Position numbers and translations under genes: made by a program | Shown: in pieces, positions 56,236 to 64,000 of the stretch | Position numbering within the stretch: position 1 is the first letter of the stretch | How the letters are laid out: each line of letters opens with the position of its first letter | Notes under the pieces: generated by a model | The model's input: only the letters and a program-made list of their open reading frames with translations | Databases searched by the model: none | Told to the model about the DNA's origin: nothing | DNA from: Tagaea sp. | GTDB taxonomy: Bacteria; Pseudomonadota; Alphaproteobacteria; CACIAM-22H2 | Assembly: GCA_965279525.1 (NCBI GenBank) | Contig: CBDIIB010000002.1 | Span: forward strand, 352,001-416,000 | Length of the DNA stretch: 64,000 nucleotides | Reading direction: 5' to 3'

Positions 56236-56961
56236 TCAGGCGTCCTTCGGCCGCAGTTCGACCAGGTCCGGGCAGCAGCCCGCAGGCGCCGTCACGGCGA
56301 AGATGACGCCTTCGGCGACGTCCTCGGGCGTGAGCGGCTTGTACTTGCGTGCGGCAAGCGACTTGACGACCTCCGGATGGCGGCTGCTTTCGCGGATCCC
56401 GGTGTCGACCATGCCGGGTGCGATCTCGCTGACCTTGAGGCCGGAACCCTTGAGTTCGAGACGGAAGCCCTTGGCGAACGCGGAGAGCGCATGCTTCGTC
56501 GCCGCATAGACGACGGCAAACTGGTTGACGTTGCGGGCGGCACCGGAGGTCACGAACACGAGATGGCCGTCGCGCCGCTCGGCCATCCGGCGCGCGATCT
56601 CGAGGGTGATGGCGAAAGCGGAAACGACGTTGGTGCGGAACATCGCCTCCACGTCTTCCATCTTCGTGTCGAGCAGCGGCGCATAGGTGAGGATGCCGGC
56701 GTTGTTGACGAAGATGTCGGCGTCAGCGGCCGCGTCGGCGAGTCGCCGCACGAAAGCGGGATCGTCGAGGTCGCCGGCGATCGCGACGGCATCGACGCCC
56801 GATTGCCGGCAGGCGGCCGCGACCTCGTCGAGAGCCGCCTGCCGGCGACCGGTGACGATGACGGCGGCCCCTTCGCGCGCGAGCGCCACGGCGCAGGCCT
56901 TGCCGATTCCCGCACTGGCACCGGTGACGAGGGCTCTCCTGTTCTTGAGGCGCCCGGTCAC
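56236..56961 (-). CDS. SDR oxidoreductase (YdfG-like)
   Basis: TGASAGIG, NNAG, YAATK, PGMVDT; GTG start overlaps the cupin stop. Confidence 0.88.
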   Translation of the reverse strand: MTGRLKNRRALVTGASAGIGKACAVALAREGAAVIVTGRRQAALDEVAAACRQSGVDAVAIAGDLDDPAFVRRLADAAADADIFVNNAGILTYAPLLDTKMEDVEAMFRTNVVSAFAITLEIARRMAERRDGHLVFVTSGAARNVNQFAVVYAATKHALSAFAKGFRLELKGSGLKVSEIAPGMVDTGIRESSRHPEVVKSLAARKYKPLTPEDVAEGVIFAVTAPAGCCPDLVELRPKDA

Positions 56962-57446
56962 GGCTTTTCCGTCACCGGTCCGGCGATGTTCACCGTATCG
57001 TACTCGGCGGGAAGGATGATCTCGAGAAGCTCGAGATCGTCCGAATAGTCGCGTACGCAGTGCTTGATGCCCGGGGGCTGGATCCACGAACTGCCCTCGC
57101 GCATCTCGATGATGCCATGGCCCTCGAACTCGCTGCGCACCCAGCCCTTCAGGATGTAGACCATCTGGAACAGCGTGTCGTGGAAGTGCGGCTTCGAGAC
57201 CTCGGCCGCGTTGAACGGGCGTGCGCGGCGGTTGACGTGCGCCTGCACCATGCCGCCGGTCGCTTTCGCGAAGCCAAGGTCGCGCACCATCGTGTAGGCG
57301 CGGAACCCTTCGTTGGTGAAATCCTCCTCGCGCAGATGGCTGACATGGAATGTCTGCGCGGGCCAGCCGCTCTTCTTGGCAAGCGAGTTGCTCGGATCGT
57401 ACTCCGCCTCTTTCAGCAGGCGGCTCTTGGTTGCGGGCTTGGCCAT
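56958..57446 (-). CDS. Cupin domain protein
   Basis: RDLG...AT.G...AHV, H.H...FQM.Y.LKGW, QPPGIKH. Confidence 0.88.
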   Translation of the reverse strand: MAKPATKSRLLKEAEYDPSNSLAKKSGWPAQTFHVSHLREEDFTNEGFRAYTMVRDLGFAKATGGMVQAHVNRRARPFNAAEVSKPHFHDTLFQMVYILKGWVRSEFEGHGIIEMREGSSWIQPPGIKHCVRDYSDDLELLEIILPAEYDTVNIAGPVTEKP

Positions 57447-57472
57447 CGTTTTCTCCGTCGTCTGCAAAACCG

Positions 57473-58288
57473 TCATGCCGCTGCGGTGAGCGGATTTTCC
57501 CGTGCGCGTGCCGTGATGTCCGCCGCCGTGCGCGCGACCTGCACGCCGAGGGCCGCCGTCTGGCGTCGGTCGACCTGGCTGGTCGCGAACGCGATGGACA
57601 GAACCGCAAGCAGCCCGCCTGTCTGGTCGAGGATCGGTGCCGCGATCGAGCCGACGCCAGGCGTGTTTTCTTCCCAGTTGATCGAATAGCCGCGCGCGCG
57701 GATTCCGGCGAGATCGGCGACCAGCGCGTTGCGGTCGGTCACCGTATTCGGCGTGACCGGTCGCATCCCGGTCTGTTCGAGAAGCCGCGTCGCGGCGTCC
57801 GTCGGGAGCAGTGCGAGCGCCACCTTGCCGGTCGCGGTGCTGTGCAGCGGCAGGCGCTGGCCGACCTGGGCATAGTACCGGATCGGGCCCGCACCCTCGA
57901 CGGCCGCGGTCATGACCATCGTGTCGTGGCGCAGGACCGAGAGATAGACGGTGAAAGTCGTCTTGGCGCCCAAGGCTTCCATGTCGGGGCGCGCCAAGAC
58001 TTCGAGCTGCCGGCCGAGCGCGAAGAGATTGCCGATCCGGAACGCCTGGACGCCGATGCGGTACTTCCTGTTGCGCGGATTCTGCTCGAGGAACTGGTGC
58101 ATCTCGAGCGTCTGGACAAGGCGCTGGACGGCGGTGCGCGACAGTTCGAGCGTGCGTGCAATTTCGCTCACGCCCATCTCCGAGCGGTTCGAATCGAACG
58201 CCGAGAGAACCTGGAGCGCGCGGCTGGCGGTCAGCGAAAATTCGGCTTCGCCCTGGCCCCTCGGGAGGGCAACGGTCGGTCGCGGCAT
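57473..58288 (-). CDS. IclR family regulator
   Basis: RAL.VL.AF......GVSEIA..L.L.R..V.RL..TL; PLH.TA.GK; IAAPI. Confidence 0.93.
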   Translation of the reverse strand: MPRPTVALPRGQGEAEFSLTASRALQVLSAFDSNRSEMGVSEIARTLELSRTAVQRLVQTLEMHQFLEQNPRNRKYRIGVQAFRIGNLFALGRQLEVLARPDMEALGAKTTFTVYLSVLRHDTMVMTAAVEGAGPIRYYAQVGQRLPLHSTATGKVALALLPTDAATRLLEQTGMRPVTPNTVTDRNALVADLAGIRARGYSINWEENTPGVGSIAAPILDQTGGLLAVLSIAFATSQVDRRQTAALGVQVARTAADITARARENPLTAAA

Positions 58289-58543
58289 TTCTCTCCCCAG
58301 CCTTGCGGCAATTCCGGCCAATTGGCCATTTGTTCCGTTAATCGGTCCATGAATCCCGAATAACGGAGCAATTAGACGCACGCAGCTACCCTCCCGTCAA
58401 TGGGCGAGAGATAATTTTTGTGGAAGTCACTGCGATCGCAGTGAAAATTGATCGCATGACGGATCGGTGACATGTTGCCGTTGGTTGCATGTGTTTTCCG
58501 CGCGCTGAAAGGCTGAATACGGTGATCCGGATCGGACGTTCGC

Positions 58544-59665
58544 GTGCTGCCTGAGTCCCGTCCGATTCCCGCGGCCGGCATGGCGCGGCCGTCGTGGCTG
58601 CTCGCCATCGCGATGTCCGGGGACGGCCTGCTCTATGCCCTGCTTCCGCTGATGCCGGAAGCGTTCGGCATCGATCTGGCGTGGGCGGGTCTGCTGCTGG
58701 CCGCGAACCGTATCGTGCGCATCTTCGCCTATACGCAATTGGCGCGTCTCACGGCCTGGCTTGGCGCGCGACGGGCCGGGACGTTCGCGGCAATCGGCGC
58801 GATCGTCTCGACGGCGATCTTCGCGATCGAACCTGGCCAGTGGGTCCAGCTTGGCGGCAGGCTCCTATGGGGATTGTCGTTCGCAGCCATCAATCTCGTG
58901 ACGTTCGCCTACGCGGCCAGCGTGCCGGAACAGGCGGGTCGCCGCATCGGGACCAGCCGGGCGGTGACAGGCGTCACCATCACGTTCGCGCTGCTGGCCG
59001 GCTGTTTCGCCGTCGACCGGATCGGCGTGCCGATGCTGTTCACGATCGTGACGCTCGTGATGCTCGCCTGCATCCCGCTGGCGCTGACGCTGGAGCCCGT
59101 CGAGATCCGTCCACCGCGCCATCGTGCGCTGTTGATGCCGCTGCCGGGACGGATCGACGTCTGGGCCGCTGCCCAGGGGTTTGTCGTCGACGGCATCTTC
59201 ATCGTCTCCGTGACGCTCCTTCTCAAGGACAGCGTGACCGCGTTTTCTCCGGCGGTCGCGACAGGCATCGTTTTTTCGCTGAGGTGGATCGTCGAAAGCT
59301 TCTGTGCGCCGCTTGGCGGCCGGCTTGCCGACCGCTTCGGGGCCACGAACGTGATGCTCGTGTTCGGGACCATCATGGCGCTGGCACTCGGCTCGATCGC
59401 ATTCGGCTACGTCTACGCCGGTGCCGTCGCCGTGACGGTCGTGCGCGGACTCACCAACACGATCGCCGCCGCGATGGTCGCCGAGCGCAATCCGGGCGAT
59501 ACCGTCGGCGCGCAGTCGGTCTACTCGACCTATCGCGATATCGGGGCATCGCTCGGGCCGCTTTTTGCCGGCTTCTTTCTCGACGACATCGACCGGATGC
59601 CGCTTTATCTGGCGCTCAGCGTCATCCTCGGCGGGACGACCCTGATGCTCCGGCGCTGGCGCTAG
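58544..59665 (+). CDS. MFS transporter
   Basis: GD.LLY..LP, LL.ANR.VR, G.LADRFG, Y.T.RD.G...GP. Start uncertain. Confidence 0.85.
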   Translation: MLPESRPIPAAGMARPSWLLAIAMSGDGLLYALLPLMPEAFGIDLAWAGLLLAANRIVRIFAYTQLARLTAWLGARRAGTFAAIGAIVSTAIFAIEPGQWVQLGGRLLWGLSFAAINLVTFAYAASVPEQAGRRIGTSRAVTGVTITFALLAGCFAVDRIGVPMLFTIVTLVMLACIPLALTLEPVEIRPPRHRALLMPLPGRIDVWAAAQGFVVDGIFIVSVTLLLKDSVTAFSPAVATGIVFSLRWIVESFCAPLGGRLADRFGATNVMLVFGTIMALALGSIAFGYVYAGAVAVTVVRGLTNTIAAAMVAERNPGDTVGAQSVYSTYRDIGASLGPLFAGFFLDDIDRMPLYLALSVILGGTTLMLRRWR

Positions 59666-59685
59666 CCGGACGCACCGCGCGAGGC

Positions 59686-59701
59686 TGGCATCGATCTTGC
59701 T
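59686..59701 (+). promoter_or_regulatory. Sigma54 -24/-12 promoter TGGCATCGATCTTGCT
   Basis: Close match to TGGCAC-N5-TTGCW, 33 bp upstream of the ATG; GGAGG RBS follows. Confidence 0.78.
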
Positions 59702-59733
59702 CCTCTCCCGTCTACCGAATGGAGGGGTTCGAG

Positions 59734-61332
59734 ATGAAATGCAGACTGATGGCTGTGGCTGCCGCCGTAACTGTGGCGCTGGCTTTTTCTCAGGCACATG
59801 CGCAAGGCACGCTGCGCATCGGCATGACCGCCTCCGACATCCCCTTGACCACCGGCCAGACCGACCAGGGCGGCGAGGGCATGCGATTCCTCGGCTATAC
59901 GGTCTATGACGCGCTGATCAATTGGGACCTGTCGAAATCCGACAAGGCTTCGGATCTGGTACCCGGACTTTCGACGGAATGGACAGTCGACCCGACCGAC
60001 AAGACCAAGTGGACGTTCAAGCTCCGGCCGGGCGTCAAGTTCCACGACGGGTCCGAGTTCGATGCCGCCGCCGTCGTCTGGAATTTCGAAAAACTGCTCA
60101 ACCAGCAGGCACCGCATTTCGACCCCCGCCAGTCCGGACAGGGCCGCAGCCGCATTCCTGCGGTAGCCAGCTACAAGGCGGTCGACAAGCTGACGCTCGA
60201 GATCGTCACCAAGACGCCCGACGCGACGCTGCCCTACCAGATCGCCTGGATCATGTTCTCGAGCCCGGCGCAGTTCGAGAAGGTCGGCAAGAGCTGGGAG
60301 AATTTCGCCAAGACGCCGTCGGGTACCGGCCCGTGGAAGGTCGTGAACTTCGTGCCGCGCGAGCGCGTCGAGATGATCCCGAACACCGAATACTGGGACA
60401 AGGGCCGCATCCCGAAGCTGGAGCGGCTTGTCCTCGTGCCGCTCCCCGAAGCGAGCGCGCGCACGGCCGCCCTGCGCTCCGGCCAGGTCGACTGGATCGA
60501 AGCACCGTCGCCCGATGCCGTCGCCTCGCTCAAGCAGGCCGGCATACAGATCGTCACCAACGCTTATCCGCATAACTGGACGTGGCACCTGAGCCGCGCC
60601 GAGGGCAGCCCGTGGAACGACATCCGCGTGCGCCGTGCGGCGAACCTCGCGATCGATCGCGAGGGCATGAAAGAATTGCTTGGCGGCATGGCGATACCGG
60701 CGCAGGGCTTTTTCCCGCCCGGCCACCAGTGGTTCGGCAATCCGAAATTCAAGCTTCGCCAGGACGTCGCGGAAGCCAAGAAGCTTCTTGCGGAAGCCGG
60801 GTTCGGCCCGGGCAAGCCGCTCGAGACGAAGATCCTGATCGCCCCCTCCGGCTCGGGCCAGATGCAGCCGCTGCCGATGAACGAGTTCGTGCAGCAGAAC
60901 CTCGCCGATGTCGGGATCAAGATCACGTTCGAGGTCGTCGACTGGAACACGTTGATCAACATCTGGCGTGCGGGCGCCAAGCACGAGTCTTCGCGCGCGG
61001 CGACGGGCATGAACTACACCTACTTCATTCAGGATCCGTTCACGGGCTTCATCCGGCACCTGCAGAGCACACTGGCGCCGCCTGCCGGGACGAACTGGGG
61101 CTACTACGCCGACCCCGAGATGGACGCGCTGTTCGACAAGGTGCGCAACACGTTCGATGCGGTCGAACTGAACAAGGTGCTGCAGGCGATCCACGAGAAG
61201 TACGTCGACGAAGCGCTGTTCCTGATGGTCACGCACGACGTCAATCCGCGCGCGATGAGCCCGCGCGTGAAAGGCTTCGTCCAGGCGCAGAACTGGTTCC
61301 AGGACTTCTCGCAGGTCTTCATGGCGAGGTAG
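59734..61332 (+). CDS. Peptide/nickel (family 5) ABC substrate-binding protein
   Basis: WTFKLRPGVKFHDGS; SGTGPW; DIRVRRA.NLAIDR. Start MKCRLM at 59734. Confidence 0.93.
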   Translation: MKCRLMAVAAAVTVALAFSQAHAQGTLRIGMTASDIPLTTGQTDQGGEGMRFLGYTVYDALINWDLSKSDKASDLVPGLSTEWTVDPTDKTKWTFKLRPGVKFHDGSEFDAAAVVWNFEKLLNQQAPHFDPRQSGQGRSRIPAVASYKAVDKLTLEIVTKTPDATLPYQIAWIMFSSPAQFEKVGKSWENFAKTPSGTGPWKVVNFVPRERVEMIPNTEYWDKGRIPKLERLVLVPLPEASARTAALRSGQVDWIEAPSPDAVASLKQAGIQIVTNAYPHNWTWHLSRAEGSPWNDIRVRRAANLAIDREGMKELLGGMAIPAQGFFPPGHQWFGNPKFKLRQDVAEAKKLLAEAGFGPGKPLETKILIAPSGSGQMQPLPMNEFVQQNLADVGIKITFEVVDWNTLINIWRAGAKHESSRAATGMNYTYFIQDPFTGFIRHLQSTLAPPAGTNWGYYADPEMDALFDKVRNTFDAVELNKVLQAIHEKYVDEALFLMVTHDVNPRAMSPRVKGFVQAQNWFQDFSQVFMAR

Positions 61333-61411
61333 CTCCGGACGTCGCCGCAGCTGGGCCATACCGCCATAAACACAGCAACTCGTAACCCCCCATATCTGGA
61401 GCGGACATCGC

Positions 61412-63055
61412 ATGAAAAACAGGCTTTTTGCGGCCGCGGCGCTCGGTTTCGGTCTGCTTGCCGGAGTTCAGCCCGCAGGCGCCCAGACGGTGCTGCGCAT
61501 CGGAATGACCGCTGCCGACATCCCGCGCACGCTCGGCCAGCCCGACCAGGGTTTCGAGGGCAACCGTTTCACCGGTCTCACGATGTACGACGCCCTGGTC
61601 CTGTGGGACCTGTCGAGCGCCGAAAAGCCGTCCGTCCTTGTTCCTGGTCTTGCGACTGACTGGGCCGCGGACGCGTCGGACCGGACGAAGTGGACGTTCA
61701 AGCTGCGTCCGGGCGTGAAATTCCATGACGGCAGCGCATTCGACGCCGACGCCATCGTCTGGAACGTGCGCAAAGTGCTCGACCGGGAAGCGCCGCATTT
61801 CGACGCGAGCCAGGTCGGCGTGACTGCCAGCCGCATGCCGACGCTGCGCAGCGCGCGCAAGATCGACGCATTGACCGTCGAACTGACGACGAGCGAGCCG
61901 GACTCGTTCCTGCCGATTAATCTCACCAACCTGTTCATCGCCAGCCCGGCGCACTGGTCGGCAAAGCTCGCTGCCGTGCCGGCCAGCGTGACCGACGCGG
62001 GCGAGCGCGCCAAGCAGGCATGGACCGCCTTCGCCGCTGACGCGTCGGGGACCGGACCCTGGAAGATGGTCCGTTTCGTGCCGCGCGAGCGGCTCGAACT
62101 CGTCAAGAACGATGCCTATTGGAATGCCGCCCGCGTGCCGAAGGTCGACCGCATGGTGCTGCTGCCGATGCCGGAGACCAACGCGCGCACCGCTGCCCTT
62201 CTCGCCGGGCAGATCGACTGGGCCGAAGCGCCGTCGCCCGACGCCGTCGCCCAGATCAAGTCGCGCGGCTTCCAGATCTACGCGAACCAGCAGCCGCACG
62301 TGTGGCCGTGGCAGTTCTCGATGATCGAGGGCTCGCCCTGGGCCGACAAGCGCGTGCGCCAGGCGGCGAACCTGTGCGTCAACCGCACCGACATGAAGCA
62401 GCTGCTCGGCGGCCTGATGGCCGAAGCCGTGGGCTCGGTGCCGCCCGGCCATCCGTGGTGGGGCAATCCCGAATTCAAGATCGGCTACCGGCCCGACGAG
62501 GCGAAGCGCATGATGGCCGCAGCCGGCCATTCAGCGCAGAAGCCCCTGAAGGTCAAGATCCAGGTCTCGGCTTCGGGATCGGGCCAGATGCAGCCGCTCC
62601 CGATGAACGAGTATCTCCAGCAGGCGCTGCGCGACTGCTATTTCGACGTCGAGCTCGACGTGATCGAGTGGAACACGCTGTTCACGAACTGGCGTCTGGG
62701 TGCCAAGGACGCGTCGGCACGCGGCGCACACGCGACGAACGTCTCGTTCGCCGCGATGGATCCGTTCTTCGCCTTCGTGCGCTTCGTCGAAAGCAAGATG
62801 GCGCCGCCGGTGTCGAACAACTGGGGCTTCGTCAACGATCCGGAGTTCGATCGGTTGGTCGCGAAGGCAAGGACCACGTTCGACGCTGCCGGCCGGGATG
62901 CGGCACTTGCCGAGCTGCACAAGCGGATCGTCGACGAGACGGTGTTCCTGTGGGTCGCACACGACGTCGGGCCGCGCGCGATGAGCCCGAAGATCAAGGG
63001 CTTCGTGCCGCCGCAGAGCTGGTTCGTCGATTTCTCGCCGATCACGATGAACTGA
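61412..63055 (+). CDS. Family 5 ABC substrate-binding protein (paralogue)
   Basis: Same motifs as the preceding gene. Confidence 0.93.
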   Translation: MKNRLFAAAALGFGLLAGVQPAGAQTVLRIGMTAADIPRTLGQPDQGFEGNRFTGLTMYDALVLWDLSSAEKPSVLVPGLATDWAADASDRTKWTFKLRPGVKFHDGSAFDADAIVWNVRKVLDREAPHFDASQVGVTASRMPTLRSARKIDALTVELTTSEPDSFLPINLTNLFIASPAHWSAKLAAVPASVTDAGERAKQAWTAFAADASGTGPWKMVRFVPRERLELVKNDAYWNAARVPKVDRMVLLPMPETNARTAALLAGQIDWAEAPSPDAVAQIKSRGFQIYANQQPHVWPWQFSMIEGSPWADKRVRQAANLCVNRTDMKQLLGGLMAEAVGSVPPGHPWWGNPEFKIGYRPDEAKRMMAAAGHSAQKPLKVKIQVSASGSGQMQPLPMNEYLQQALRDCYFDVELDVIEWNTLFTNWRLGAKDASARGAHATNVSFAAMDPFFAFVRFVESKMAPPVSNNWGFVNDPEFDRLVAKARTTFDAAGRDAALAELHKRIVDETVFLWVAHDVGPRAMSPKIKGFVPPQSWFVDFSPITMN

Positions 63056-63104
63056 ACGGGACGGGCGCGGGCCGGCTTCGACGGCCCGCGCTCCTCCGCA
63101 TCCC

Positions 63105-64000
63105 ATGTTCGAGTATCTTCTCAAGCGCATCCTCTACGTCGTGCCGATCGGACTGGGCGTGAGCCTCGTCTGTTTCGGGTTGGTCCATATCGCGCCGGGA
63201 GATCCGCTCGTCTCGGTGCTTCCCGCCGACGCATCGATGGAGATGCAGGAGCAGCTGCGCAGCGCATACGGCTTTGACAAGCCGCTGCCCTACCAGTTCG
63301 GCCTGTGGATCTGGCGCGCGATCAACGGCGACTTGGGATATTCGATTGCGACCGGCCGTCCAGTCGCCCCCGAAGTCTGGCGGGCGCTGGGCAATACCTT
63401 CATGGTTGCAGTACTTGCGGCGGCCTTCGGCTTCCTCGTCGGATCGGTGCTCGGCTTTGTCGCCGGCTACTATCGCGGGACGTGGATCGACCGCGCGGCG
63501 AGCGCGCTTGCGGTCGCGGGCATATCGCTGCCGCACTACTGGCTGGGCATGGTGCTGGTCATCCTGTTTTCGGTGCAGCTCAACTGGCTGCCGGCGACCG
63601 GGGCGGGGCCCGGCGGCTCGGCCGACTGGCTCTGGAATTGGGAGCATGTGCGCCATCTGATCCTGCCGGCGCTGACCATGTCGGTCATACCGCTCGGGAT
63701 CGTGGCGCGTTCGGTGCGGGCCCTCGTCTCCGACATCCTTTCGCAGGAATTCGTGGAGGCCCTGCGCGCCAAGGGCCTTTCGGAAGGCGGAATTTTCGCG
63801 CACATCCTCAAGAACGCTGCGCCGACGGGCCTTGCCGTCATGGGCCTGCAACTCGGCTATCTGCTCGGTGGCTCGATCCTGATCGAGACGGTGTTCGCCT
63901 GGCCGGGAACGGGCTTCCTGCTCGGCAACGCGATCCTGCAGCGCGATCTGCCGCTGCTGCAGGGCACGATACTCGTGCTGGCGATGTTCTTCGTCTCGCT
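63105..64000 (+). CDS. DppB/OppB-type ABC permease, runs off the window
   Basis: MFEYLLKRILYVVP...HIAPGDP; RAKGLSE....AH.LKNA; IETVFAWPG.G. Confidence 0.92.
   Translation, partial: MFEYLLKRILYVVPIGLGVSLVCFGLVHIAPGDPLVSVLPADASMEMQEQLRSAYGFDKPLPYQFGLWIWRAINGDLGYSIATGRPVAPEVWRALGNTFMVAVLAAAFGFLVGSVLGFVAGYYRGTWIDRAASALAVAGISLPHYWLGMVLVILFSVQLNWLPATGAGPGGSADWLWNWEHVRHLILPALTMSVIPLGIVARSVRALVSDILSQEFVEALRAKGLSEGGIFAHILKNAAPTGLAVMGLQLGYLLGGSILIETVFAWPGTGFLLGNAILQRDLPLLQGTILVLAMFFVS

Noticed and set aside
58594-59733. Apparent 912-aa fusion ahead of the SBP; likewise the extensions of 53574-55625, 54617-55921, 56236-57609, 50745-51959, 25673-26818 and 13615-14484
   Set aside because: The upstream parts are off-frame reads through neighbouring genes; internal starts with RBS or stop/start coupling fit better.

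Overview
High-GC alphaproteobacterial-looking chromosome segment in three parts. (1) Bases 1-23091 hold two mobile islands inserted in tandem at the 3' end of a tRNA-Glu(CTC). att remnants lie at 17381-17428 and 23072-23091, and the intact tRNA is presumably left of the window. Island 1 has a satellite-like core (tyrosine integrase, excisionase-like HTH, wHTH, PC4-like ssDNA-binding protein, HTH Rep-like protein) and non-coding 11-bp-phased arrays. Its defence-type cargo is a type I R-M operon with an embedded GmrSD-like gene, a GIY-YIG/Zn-ribbon nuclease and the tail of a large, possibly STAND, protein. Island 2 (5.66 kb) encodes an integrase, a serine recombinase, an AAA_25 helicase and two membrane proteins. 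(2) About 24.1-32.4 kb is a cluster of small general-stress/envelope genes (PRC-barrel, Fe/Mn SOD, CsbD, BON, OmpA, glycine zipper, DUF3309, DUF3185). Five of its promoters carry the same FixJ-box-like 15-mer 26-28 bp upstream of a -10-like hexamer. Next to them is a PAS-HK-REC-REC-LuxR one-protein regulator that resembles a CheB/CheR fusion lacking CheB and CheR. This candidate self-contained regulon is the strongest novel signal I found. (3) About 32.5-64 kb is core-like metabolism and transport: hutH, carbonic anhydrase, ABC and Tct transporters, quiC-BKACE-pcaHG, an IclR/SDR/aldolase cluster, and three sigma54-type promoters. I saw no CRISPR array, rRNA or intact tRNA. Product calls come from motif recognition only; no database searches were run.
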